DNA from: Antedon mediterranea
Taxonomy: Eukaryota; Animalia; Echinodermata
Direction: 5' to 3'
Assembly: GCF_964355755.1 (NCBI RefSeq)
Contig: NC_092672.1
Span: 4,402,001 to 4,466,000, forward strand
DNA length: 64,000 nt
The translations under genes were made by a program, and so were the position numbers. How positions within the stretch are numbered: the first letter of the stretch is position 1; each line of letters begins with the position of its first letter. The notes below the pieces were generated by a model. It was given only the letters and a program-made list of their open reading frames with translations, did no database searches and was not told the origin of the DNA. This document shows positions 11,041 to 22,391 of the stretch, one piece after another.

Positions 11041-12453
11041 ATGCCTTTTCTACGGAGACTAAGTCGGACTAAAAGTGGAGAATATCAAGACCAAGAAGAA
11101 CAACCAGATAAGTCTAAAGAAAAGGTAAAACGGAGAAGTTACAGTGGATCATTGCCAGTATCAAAGGAACTTGAGAAACAGCCTGGGAAGGAGCGTAAAG
11201 CGTCTGTGAAAGACAAGAAGAAATCGAAATCTGAACCTGCTGATAAATACCCTCTCTTCTATGTACATTACTTAGGACGTGTGCCAACGAAACTAGAGTA
11301 CGGTCATGAGGCGATCGAAGGCCCGGTTGATCAGTTATGCCAACTCCGAGAAAAAGAAAAACTGCAAAAACTTGTTCTGACTTTCAATATGGATGGACTA
11401 TTCTTCCGGGAGATTACAGGACCTTTTAATCGAATTAAAAAGGATGGTATGTTCATATACATTCCATTACATATGGTAACGTATGGTGTAGGCTCTGTAG
11501 CCCACCCTAATGTGTTCGCTTGTGTCACTAGAACGGCTTTCGACAAAGCGAGCAGTACTGCAGACATGTATATCGTTCATGCTTTTCTTTGTGATAAGCC
11601 GACAGTAGCACAAAAAATGACATACTGGCAGCTACAAGCATACATAGAGGCGTATGAAACGCTGAAGAGAAGGAAAGAATTGAGATTGCAGAGAAAACTT
11701 AGTAGGAATAGTCTGAAAGCAGACAGTACGTCCATCAAAACGTCGACTACAACGGTATCGGGATCGTCGCGGGAAGGAAGTGTCGGAAGTCGGGACAGTG
11801 GCAGACGAAAGTTACATGGATCTACCTTTGTTAATCCAAATATTCCAAAAGAGCATAAGTTGGATGACAGCAAGCCTTCAAGTAAAAAGAAAACGAATGG
11901 AAATGATTCTCCGATATATGCGCAGGTTAAAAAGACGACATCGAACTCAATGGCAGATGATGAACGAACAGGTGAATTTACGCAGTCGGACACTGAACGA
12001 AAAAGTGCAACATCAATTGGAAGCCGGACGTCAAAAGATTCTGCACTTGGAGATGAAATTACATGTGAACAGGCCAATGACACATCAAATGTCACATCAA
12101 ATGTCACAAAAGAAAGCGACTCATCTATAAAAGCTACAACCTCAGTTGCGTCGTCTGTACCGGTCAATTCTACGACCTCTGATGCATCATTAACATCAGG
12201 CGCTACTGCAACCTCTGTCCCGTCTTCCGTACCCACCACCGATACGAGCGACGAAGGAGGGAAAAGTAACCCGTTTTTCATTGATGATAATTTTGATACA
12301 ATTAGTGTTGTTACCATGCCGATTGATTCAGAGTCGGTTCCAAGAGATGAAGCTTTTGAAAAAAGAATCTCAGAACTAAACAAACTAATGCAGGTAGATG
12401 CCGAAGATCTGAAAGCTAAATTGATCAAGGACAATCCAACTCTTGTTAGGTAA
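11041..12453 (+). CDS. PTB/PID-domain adaptor (FAM43-like) paralog 1, 470 aa, single coding exon
   Basis: FYVHYLGRVP..GPVDQL..IPLHMVTYGVG..HPNVFACV..VHAFLCDKPTVAQKMTYWQLQAY = PTB fold resembling the FAM43 PID; Ser/Thr-rich disordered tail. Confidence 0.88.
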   Translation: MPFLRRLSRTKSGEYQDQEEQPDKSKEKVKRRSYSGSLPVSKELEKQPGKERKASVKDKKKSKSEPADKYPLFYVHYLGRVPTKLEYGHEAIEGPVDQLCQLREKEKLQKLVLTFNMDGLFFREITGPFNRIKKDGMFIYIPLHMVTYGVGSVAHPNVFACVTRTAFDKASSTADMYIVHAFLCDKPTVAQKMTYWQLQAYIEAYETLKRRKELRLQRKLSRNSLKADSTSIKTSTTTVSGSSREGSVGSRDSGRRKLHGSTFVNPNIPKEHKLDDSKPSSKKKTNGNDSPIYAQVKKTTSNSMADDERTGEFTQSDTERKSATSIGSRTSKDSALGDEITCEQANDTSNVTSNVTKESDSSIKATTSVASSVPVNSTTSDASLTSGATATSVPSSVPTTDTSDEGGKSNPFFIDDNFDTISVVTMPIDSESVPRDEAFEKRISELNKLMQVDAEDLKAKLIKDNPTLVR

Positions 12454-12519
12454 TACTCTTTTTCCATTACAGACATACGCACGTGCGTGTACGTACGTGT
12501 TTGATATTTTATTTATTAT

Positions 12520-13002
12520 CGCATCATCATCATTCATCATTATTATCACCATTTAGCATCATTATTATCACCACCACCATCATCATCAGTATCATCATAA
12601 TTCATCATCATTATCATCACCACAATCATTATCATCATTCATCATCATTATCATCGCGACTATCATCATTGTCATCACTATCAACATCATTATAATTATT
12701 TTCATCATTTACAGCATAATTATTATCATCAGCATCATTATTATCATCATCACCACCATTATCATCATCATTATCATTATTTATCATCATTATAATCACC
12801 ACCATCATCATTCAGCATCATTATCATCACCACCATCATTCATCATCATCATCATAATTCATTATCATCACCACCATCATTTTCATTATCACCGCGACCA
12901 TCATCATTGTCATCATTATCATCATTATCAGCATCATCATAATTATTTTCGTCATCATCAGCATAATTATTATCATCAGCATCATCATCATTATTATCAT
13001 TA
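12520..13002 (+). repeat. Degenerate (CAT/TAT/CAC)n trinucleotide tract downstream of PTB paralog 1
   Basis: Continuous catcat/tattat runs. Confidence 0.9.
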
Positions 13003-13350
13003 TTCTGCTTGTATTAGCCACAGTATTATGATAATAATTATTTTTTTGAATATTTTAACCAAATCAATTAATTACAATCCATGTATAGGTTTACTATCAT
13101 ACTAGACTATACTAATTTCGCATAACAGACACCACCCAATTTACCTATGGCATTGACGTCATAGTATGCCTGATAGCCCTTTGGAATTCTACTTTTCATT
13201 TACTTGAAACTAATATTGGGTGGAGTAATGGAATTCGGCATTCAAAATGTTCCCGGTCTGTGCTTTGTGTTTTCTTTGGTTCAGTGAAAATAAATAAAAT
13301 CGAATACGCTTGGAAACATTTTAGTGGAAACCAGACGAACCCATCTTGAA

Positions 13351-13465
13351 AGTTTGGTTCCCACTAGGACGTAACGCAAGGACGTAACGTAACGCAAAGT
13401 GATTTGACCAATCACAAGCGATAGATTATTCGAACAGTCGCGTGTGATTGGTCAATTCGCTTCGC
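13351..13465. mobile_element. MITE family A, partial copy
   Basis: One TIR plus internal gaccaatcacaagcgat sequence. Confidence 0.65.
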
Positions 13466-13673
13466 ATCCCAATTCAATCTGTTATCGAAACCAATTTGAC
13501 CATAGTATACAATCTATATAATCGACCTACATTATATAATATTATTTGTAATATTTATTTTTATTATAACATTTTATTTAAGGCGTCTTTATTATGGCAC
13601 AATCGATAGACACGGAGTGTTTCATCGGCAAGGCCTTAACATCGGAGCAGACGCAGACACTAGCTTCGCATAA

Positions 13674-13860
13674 AGGCTAATTTAGACGAGTCGTAACGAG
13701 TAATAGAAAAAACAGAATCTATGTTATTCCTTATGACCATTTACACACAACGCGGAGCAGATAGGTGGTTTCCGCTCAGGATAGATACAGAATCTGAGAA
13801 TGTGAGACAAGCTGTGCGATTTTCCGCTTACCGTTTTCGCTCGTCTGTGTAAATTGGCCT
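13674..13860. mobile_element. Degenerate Harbinger-type MITE
   Basis: aggctaattta.. and ..taaattggcct termini flanked by taa/tta. Confidence 0.5.
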
Positions 13861-15452
13861 TTACAGAAGACAGTAGTTTGGTTTGAAGACAAAGAAATCA
13901 TCATTGACCGTAAAACGGATAATGTCACTGAAGAAATAATCATTGATAAAACCACCGAATGCTGTTATTTTTATTTATGTATAAGTTATAGGAGAGGAGG
14001 TGGATACATATTTATTATTTTTATAAATTTAGAGAGTACAGATAACAGGACAAGTTACGACACAAAATGTTTGCAACATCTGGTCAATCGTTTTTGGTAT
14101 ACGTCTTTCAGACTGAAAGGTTATATATACACTATGGTATTTTACCGTAACCTGATGATTCATTTGGTAAATCGATATCGATAATGATCGATTGATATTG
14201 CTTTTGATATACTGCACTTTATTTTCTTTTTTATCTTTTGCCACCACCTTCAATGTTTCATTACATATTTTCTACCTTTATTCATTATTTTCTGTTTTTC
14301 CTCATTGATATCATTCCATTAATACAAAGTATTTACTTCTTAACATTCTTTTTTTGTTAAATCCTCTATTTACAATAACTAATTGTATAATAATTAAAAT
14401 AATTAACTACATACATCAAATGAAAGGTGTGTATATACAACAGATGGCCGTTACTTAACCTTAAATATATTGATTTATTGGTTAATCACATCGATTGATA
14501 ACGTAACTGTATCGAATTTTAATATAATGCATTTCGGAAAAGCTAGGCTTAGTTGGTCTGATGTTTTGGGTTCAAAATCTTCACTCCCTCTCGTCGAAAT
14601 TCCTTTCAATGCATCTTGAGATCAGAGATTTCCCCCTACTTGTTGATGGAAGTATTTAAGGATGTAACTAAATTGTGTAGACACAACAGCAATACAAACG
14701 AAAAAGAGGAATAAGATAGGCCCTATACCTTAATATGATGTAAATGATACTCGGTGAACAATATTACTAGTTTATACTGTATAGTGATTCTAGTTGATTG
14801 GAGGTGTACGAAGGTTAAATTGTAGTTAGTTTACTAATTATAGTAAATAGTTTATATCACGTCTTCCAAAATATGATTCAATATAATATATATGAAATAC
14901 TCTTTTATACCGAGACCCTTTGGACATTTTGATGTACTTTCATTTGCAGGTAACAGGTCTACAAATAAATAAGAATACATACCTTATTTTTTAAATTAAA
15001 ACGAAACAATAGCAAACCTGTTTTGAATTTCATTTCATAATTATATTTATTAATTTGTGTTTTATTTGGAAATAAGCATATACCGTAGTTGTATTTATAC
15101 ATATTTTTTTATACAGACCCTTAATACTCATTATTTTATTTACGTGTACATACGTAATATTATGCGAAAAATGAGAAGAAATGCAAAGTGCAAATCTGTG
15201 GATCTGGTAAGGAATGCGATTGTTTTCATTTCAAACAAAAATGAAACCGAGAATATTGTCACTTAGACAAGGAACCCTATTTGCGACATTCATTGTTATT
15301 GTCATATTACTGTTTCATTATTTGAGTTGCTTGTCACGTGATGATGGCTTCGATTTGATACGTAATCGATACGTGTGGAAATGTGCAAATTACGCGTTAA
15401 GATGTTTTCACAACCATTTCATCACAAACGCAAGCGTTAGGAACGCCTGTTA

Positions 15453-15631
15453 AGCTTGGTTCTCACTAGAACGTAACGCAAGGACGTAAACGCAACGCAA
15501 GCGTTTTAACCAATGACAAGCGAAGTTATAGACAGTTAGCAATCACCAGTGAATAAGCCATCGCTTGTGATTGGCCAATTCACTTGCGTTGCGTTACGTC
15601 CTTGTGTTGCGTCGCCAGTGGGAACCACGCT
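15453..15631. mobile_element. MITE family A1
   Basis: TIRs and TTA TSD. Confidence 0.88.
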
Positions 15632-15665
15632 TTAGCGTTATCACGTATTGAGAAAGATAGAGTAA

Positions 15666-15823
15666 AGCTTGGTTCCCACTAGAACACAACGCAAGGACGT
15701 AAGCCGCAACGCAAGCGAATTGACCAATCACAAGCAACGGTTCGATAATCCATCGCTTGGATTGGTCAATTCGCTTGCGTTGCGGCTTACGTCCTTGCGT
15801 TGCGTTCTAGTGGGAACCAAGCT
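15666..15823. mobile_element. MITE family A2 (158-bp near-perfect hairpin)
   Basis: Same TIR, TAA TSD, different centre (ggttcgataatccatcg). Confidence 0.85.
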
Positions 15824-16053
15824 TAACATGTTCCTGGGATTGAGGGCACATAATCATAGCTTTCGGCGGGCTCAACGTGGTGTGAATCGGCTCAATTGTT
15901 TCGCCCACGTTGTCTTTACAAATATTGATAGAAGGCTTGGCTTAATCTTTCATTCCACAGACTATTATTGTTTTTTGTTGACAGATTGAAATACGATCCA
16001 TTTTATGGTTTTGAGGAGGGGTGAATCAAATGTATTCAAAATCTATATCAAAC

Positions 16054-16078
16054 TTGGGAGATGTAAAATATCTCCCTG
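16054..16078. mobile_element. 25-bp palindrome with 7-bp TSD (same family as 2055-2079)
   Basis: atcaaac-TTGGGAGATGTAAAATATCTCCCTG-atcaaac. Confidence 0.7.
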
Positions 16079-16756
16079 ATCAAACATAAGGTTATAGGCC
16101 AAATAATACAAAAGAAAGAAATATAACTTCTCTAAAAATAAATTGATCCTTCTAAAAATGCCTTTTCGTTTCTAATAATTACTGAGATGATCTATTCATG
16201 GAGGTAACATTGATATTTATATATTGAAGAGAGGCCTACGGAAATACATAATTTTTTTATCGTTTGATGGCGCTTCAACATAAATTATTTTCACCATGGA
16301 AACATATAAAGCGTCTTCATTATGTAAATAGGTACTGTAATTAGTAGTGTGTTGCATTATGTCATAAAATACGGAAGTCTTTTATCTGGCGCTTCATGAT
16401 TTATCGAACGTTATTGCTGCTGTATGTTAGTTCTATGATATTGTATAAGGAAAGGTGGGGTGACCTTGAAACGCTGATGATCTAACTTGCGTGTGCAATA
16501 ATACCGGTATTAGAAAATTGTAATAAATTATCGAGTCTTAGTCAGCATACGCCCAAGATGCTGTTTAAAACGGTGGTACCGTATGATATTTTGAAAATGT
16601 ATACTTATTGAATACGGATGTCAAAATGACAGTGCCAGAAATGTATTATTGAACAGAAAGAATTGGCGGCACGGTTGATTGAATTTGGAGAATAGCATTG
16701 TAAGAGAAAACACAGTTTGTATTATTTTGCATAATCGTGTATTGTAGTGTATAGAG

Positions 16757-18286
16757 ATGAACTCCAACCTAGGTAACAATACAATAGCGAGGAGAAATTC
16801 TCCGCTCAATGGGCAGGTTGAAAAACGCCAGCCTAACCTGCGTCACACTAGTGGTAGTAAAATATTAGCTCCGTCCATGTACATCATGGCGTCGAAAATA
16901 CTTAAAAAGAAGAGTAAAAATGATCCGAAATCGGACATGTTTGCTGTCAAAGCAGATGACACGTGTCCTATATTTGACGTGCAGTATCTAGGGAAGATGC
17001 CTGCGAGAGGTGAGTTTGGAAGGGAGTTTATAGCCGAACCTGTCGAGTCGTTACTTAAATTGAAAGACCGTAGCAGGATATCTAATAGCAAGTTGACAAT
17101 ATCAGAACGAGGATTCCACTTCCTGGATCATAACGGCCCATTTGGAAAGGAAAAACACGTTGTTATACCAATACATCATATATGCTATGGTGTTGTTGAT
17201 GATCAAAATCCTAAAGTGTTTGCTATTATTTCGAAAACGGACTCGACCGCCGAAGGCTCCTTGTACGAATGCCATGCGTACCTGTGCCCTCGGAGAAGAG
17301 TAGCTAGCGAAATTACTAAATGGTTATTGCGGACATTTCTTCAGGTTTTTGATAAATTACAACAAAGGCGTCGAATGCGTTTAGAAAGGAAGGCGAAAAA
17401 GGAACAAAAAATGTTAGCTAAAGCGATTGGACTTCCCGAGGGAAGACCAAGCTTCGCGCCAAGCGAAGCGTCTAGTCCGCAATCGCCGTCAATTTCTACG
17501 GCGTCGTCGGCATTCTCCTTTGAGGAGACAACCTTTTCAGTTTTTTTAGAAGGAAAGAAAAATCACGGAGCTGCAATTCGAATTGGGAGGCAACGTCCAG
17601 CAAGTATGCAACTAGGAACTATCAATCGAGAAGGTACCCAGTTGTTAAACAGATCTACGACTTGGAATGGGGCGCATTCAAGGCCACATTCCTCCTCTGT
17701 GCCTAATACTCTAAATCCACAAGATCTTCAGCAGGTAGGAAGCGGGGTGTACCACCCAGCCCCTGATTATTATACCACACCACCGCCTACTCGTTCTAAG
17801 ACCTATGCAACTGAAAGACCGCACCAAAGTCACAAAACAACACCTTCGCAGCCGGTAAACTCTCGTTTAAAACCGCCTAAGCATAATCAAAGACAGTATC
17901 TTAAGAAACCATCAAAACGTAACCGACATGCTTATACCACGTCTACGGGTAGTAGCTCAGACAGTCGCCAAAGCGATTCGTTCTCTAGCCCGGTACAAGA
18001 CGAATCCGATTTCTTCTTTATTGACATGCTACAGGAACATGTTACATCTATGGACCTTCAATCAATAAGTGAGCACGAATCTGTTACGACTTATGGCAGC
18101 AGTGGTACACAAATTAACCCTCTGAAACAAGAGGTACGAATGGAGGACGTTGAGCGTAGAATACGCGATTGGTTACTAGGAGATAAAGAGGAGAGTAGTC
18201 CTGAAGAAACTAGCTCCTCTTATTCCGGCTCATCGGCGTTTCAGCCAAATAGACCTCGTTCGAATGGTGAATTCAGATACTTCTAA
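16757..18286 (+). CDS. PTB/PID-domain adaptor (FAM43-like) paralog 2, up to 509 aa (true start may be ATG 16886)
   Basis: FDVQYLGKMP..GREFIAEPVESL..KLTISERG..IPIHHICYGVVD..PKVFAII..YECHAYLC; Ser/Pro-rich tail; ATG 16886 (atcATGG, MASKILKKKSK) has the better Kozak context. Confidence 0.88.
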   Translation: MNSNLGNNTIARRNSPLNGQVEKRQPNLRHTSGSKILAPSMYIMASKILKKKSKNDPKSDMFAVKADDTCPIFDVQYLGKMPARGEFGREFIAEPVESLLKLKDRSRISNSKLTISERGFHFLDHNGPFGKEKHVVIPIHHICYGVVDDQNPKVFAIISKTDSTAEGSLYECHAYLCPRRRVASEITKWLLRTFLQVFDKLQQRRRMRLERKAKKEQKMLAKAIGLPEGRPSFAPSEASSPQSPSISTASSAFSFEETTFSVFLEGKKNHGAAIRIGRQRPASMQLGTINREGTQLLNRSTTWNGAHSRPHSSSVPNTLNPQDLQQVGSGVYHPAPDYYTTPPPTRSKTYATERPHQSHKTTPSQPVNSRLKPPKHNQRQYLKKPSKRNRHAYTTSTGSSSDSRQSDSFSSPVQDESDFFFIDMLQEHVTSMDLQSISEHESVTTYGSSGTQINPLKQEVRMEDVERRIRDWLLGDKEESSPEETSSSYSGSSAFQPNRPRSNGEFRYF

Positions 18287-19809
18287 CAATATTTAACAAT
18301 ATGGAATACTTAAAGCATTGAAAGGTCTACACTACACTTTATACTAATTATCTGTGGCCGTTTCGGGATTTTTAAAAATAGTTTGCCCATGGCTTAAAAA
18401 TTGAAATTAGATTTGTTGAAATTTAAGAGGGATAATGAAATTGTAATTAGATGTTTTGCCCTACTTTGACGTAATTTGTACTTTATACTAAGTACATTTG
18501 AGAATACTTTCGAAAAATATATACTGTGATTTCGTAAAAAAAAGCCTCTTTCAAAGCAAAGAGAGTGCTGTTAACTTGGTCTGCACGTAACTAGAACCAA
18601 TATTAATTTAACTTATGAACGAAACCACAAAGTGCGATAAAATTATATTGATTTGACGAAACCATTTGGTCATAGACAAACACACGTTCTCGTTTCCTTA
18701 CGTGAACCATTCACAAACATGTTTACAAAAGTCCATTAGATTGAAATCAATTTACGCACAGTAAGCCTGTGCACATTTTGTATACAATATATTTTTACAT
18801 AGATAACAATTTCTGCCAGAAACAAACAAATTGAGATACATTTTAGCTTATACTAAGTAAAAGTTATTAATTGCTTAATATTTGTAAATAATAGATATAT
18901 TTTTATATAATGGTATTCGAAAAACAAGAGGTTTCACAGTACTTATCTGTTTAGAGGTGGTTCGAAATTGGAAAGTCGAAAAGACCCCTTTAACATGTTT
19001 TCTAAAACAAGCTTTGCGATTGCCGAACTCTGAACAAATCACTTAATGTAAAAACGCTTAATATGTATACAGTACTTATTTAATGAACTGAGCCTAATAA
19101 AAAAAAATGGGGAACAATTATTTTGAGTAAAGTATATTTGTTGCACCTTAATCGTCATTATTTGTTTCATTAGTAGCATTTTTCAACGAGAAAAAAGTTT
19201 GACATGCGCGTTGCATAAAAATTGTACCAAATGTTAGCCTCTGTTCAGGATGGCAATAAAGTCTATGATCTGTTGGAATAACACCTAAAATCCGTGAAGA
19301 AAAATAAAAACTAAATAAATATGTGACATTGCAAAACAAATAAATATTGTTTTCGTAATTGACATCGATGGTGATCACTATTTAACAAACACTATAGGCA
19401 ATTTTCCACATGACAAGTTACGAGAATAATTTCCAGACAAATAGTTTTGGGTTTCTTTAATACCGTATTGTGTTTGTGAATGCTTTTGTGGTCTTTTTCT
19501 GTGGTATTACTTCTTGATTTGACCTCGATTCGGTGGAAAGACACGGTTATTAACAGACTGTCCCATTTTATTTTTACGACGATAAACTATGCAGATACTT
19601 TATATCATATTAGACTTAATAGCATAGAAATATATCAAATCGTTAAATAACTTCACTTCACAAGTTCATATTGTGCGCGCAAACCAATCTATATACCTTT
19701 TTAATAGCAATTACATTGTTTGAACGATTTTTGGTCGTTATGCCTTGAGGAAAAATGGCCGTATTTTGTACCATTCTTTGTACCACCCTGGGATTATGTA
19801 TATATGTAC

Positions 19810-19825
19810 CAGGGACAACTCCCTG
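19810..19825. mobile_element. 16-bp CA..TG element with 7-bp TSD (resected form of 41682-41705)
   Basis: tatgtac-CAGGGACAACTCCCTG-tatgtac. Confidence 0.7.
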
Positions 19826-22242
19826 TATGTACCTTTCTCTTTGTACTGTCAGTAATTCGCAACTAAATTCTGGTAGAGGGCGGACTATTCGTCTCGTTTG
19901 ATTTCACATTTTCTATCCAAAACTTCTGAAAATCCTCTTTATATTTACCACGAGTAAAACTTGAACCCGAGCTGTTCTCTTTGAGTAAGATAAAGTCACT
20001 ATGTCCAGAGATACACTACTTATTGTAATATCTTGACTTAACTTTTGTTTTAAGCCGATATTTGCAAGATTCAGTGACATTTCACAATTCAATTTTAAGC
20101 TAATGGTAATTGAGAGGATTATTGAACAGTAACAATGTGTAAGTCTATAGCTTCATGCAGTATCAGTAGCAGTCTAACCGCTAAACAAATTGCGTAATAT
20201 GAATAACTTACGTCTTATGTGGTGGAAAGTTACTTAATAGCTAAACCAAACAAAATGGTAGATTGGAAATACTTTGTTGTGCAGTAAAGTATTTCCTACA
20301 GTAGCAAACTTTACCGAATTTGTTTCAGACTTCCCAAATTAAGTTTATCAGAAGTGTAAACTTACTTTCTATATAGTTTGCCAAAGTTTGTCATCAGTGG
20401 TCTACGGTTGAAACTTGGAAAACCATTTTTTTTTTGGACAAACTCGGAGTTTGAAAGCAAAGGTTTGACGCCGAGACACAGAATTGTTTTATTTGTCAAG
20501 AATGAGTGCTACTATAGTTTTTTCCAAGTTTTGATATTATAAGTGATTAAACTTAAAATATTACATTTGGGTAAACGTAAGTTTATAACATAATTTTTTA
20601 AATTAAACTTTTTCATGAGAAAATGTAATTTAGAGCAAAACATACCTAAATTGTCTGTCAAACAATGTTTTTTTGGTTATAATTACTGCAACCGTTTCTG
20701 TTGCCTTATTTTAAGTGAAATAATTTTTTTTTCTACAGAAGTGAATAACTTTTAAAAAGTGAAAAACTGCAAAATGACCTATTCAAAATCTGATTTTATT
20801 AATCTTTAAGGGGTTTTCTCTTTAATGTTTACCTTACCATGTGTAATATAAAAATAGTTAAACTATGATTATTATCTTTGAAACATTGAATAACGTATTC
20901 CATTGGAGATGCACCTCCAATTACCACCTTTAATTATCAATGTGATTTTTTTTTCTGTACTCGAAAGTAAAGTATCATGAATCATGGAGAAATAATTATT
21001 TATGCTTTAAAGTAAAATACTTGTTTTGATTGTTACACATTATTTGCCAACACTGTTATGATCTCAACAAGCTCCGTGATCTGAACATTGTTGGAATTGT
21101 TAAATATGTGATATAATAATATTACAATTCTGAAACTATGAATATTTTGATGGTTCAAGATCATCATAATCATTGTCAGTCATATTCGATTCGATCGACT
21201 TAGTCACCATGAAATTCACACCGCAAGCAGATGACAATACCAATTACAGGAAGGAACATGGTGTACATTTGATAATTAGTTGCCAGCGATTCAATGTCCT
21301 GGTCTAGTATCTATTTTGCACCTCACTGACTTTTTTCAAACGGGTGGCTGATTGAAGAAATTCATAGCAACGCAAAATCTATTTTCTACAGGTGAATGCG
21401 CAAAGGCTTAACAACAGTATTACGTCACTCCGTACTAAATTTCTTTGCTTTATTCAAGTCGAGGATTTTGTACTTTTAAACTCGTTTCAGTCCACGGGTC
21501 ACAGACAATGCCAAGTGTTTTCTCCGGCTCTACATAAAGTAATAACAATGAAAGGTACGCCCAAAACTAAATCGTCAGTTTTTTGTGAAATTTTGCACGA
21601 ATATTAAGGTAACTATTGGTTATTAGAAGCTTTAAATTAGGTATAATCTTAGACTTTAGAGATAAATGGTAGCTGTCGTAGTATAGTAGATAACACGTAT
21701 ACTTTGTATAATATTAAGTTGAATGATCTTTCGTACAATGCTAATTAGGGCCTACGTTGTGTTTAAGGTAGGCCGAAGAATCATGAATTGCATCGGTCCA
21801 TTGGTGTATTGTAGCAGCTATTTTCCCATGCTTTTGTTGATGTTCAACGTTGTAGTTTATTTCAATTAAGGTAACAAATGTATGTATATCTAACATAATA
21901 GTACTCAGTTATGTGTGTTGACAGTTCTTTACTGTAAGCAAATACTTCCAACAATACGAGACAATACGTACCAAAATGTTCACATGACCCATTTTATTTC
22001 AGAAGTTTGTGTAAATATATTGTACAGATTTGTGTTTATACTTCTTTATTCTTCTATATTTACATACTTATTTCATTCACTTTTTTGAACTGGTCTTTCA
22101 TCTTCTTTAGTATCAATAGAGAGAGTATCATATCATAAACAGATTGATTGATGCTATATATTTAGGTAGGTTAGGTTGGTGTATCTAGGCCTGGGTGATA
22201 ATCGGATCTAATGTGATCCTCACCTGTATTCTTTTTTGTGTA

Positions 22243-22391
22243 AGCGTGGTTCCCACTAGCGACGCAACGCAAGGACGTAACGCAACGCAAGTGAATTGAA
22301 CCAGCGATGGCTTATTCGCTTGTGATTGCTAACTGTCTATAACTTCGCTTGTCATTGGTTAAAACGCTTGCGTTCTAGTGGGAACCAAGCT
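22243..22391. mobile_element. MITE family A1, internally deleted
   Basis: Both TIRs present; small internal deletions. Confidence 0.8.

Noticed and set aside
11577-12482. 301-aa minus-strand ORF
   Set aside because: Antisense shadow of PTB paralog 1; no recognisable domain.
12483-13021. His-, Ile- and Met-rich small ORFs
   Set aside because: Trinucleotide microsatellite.
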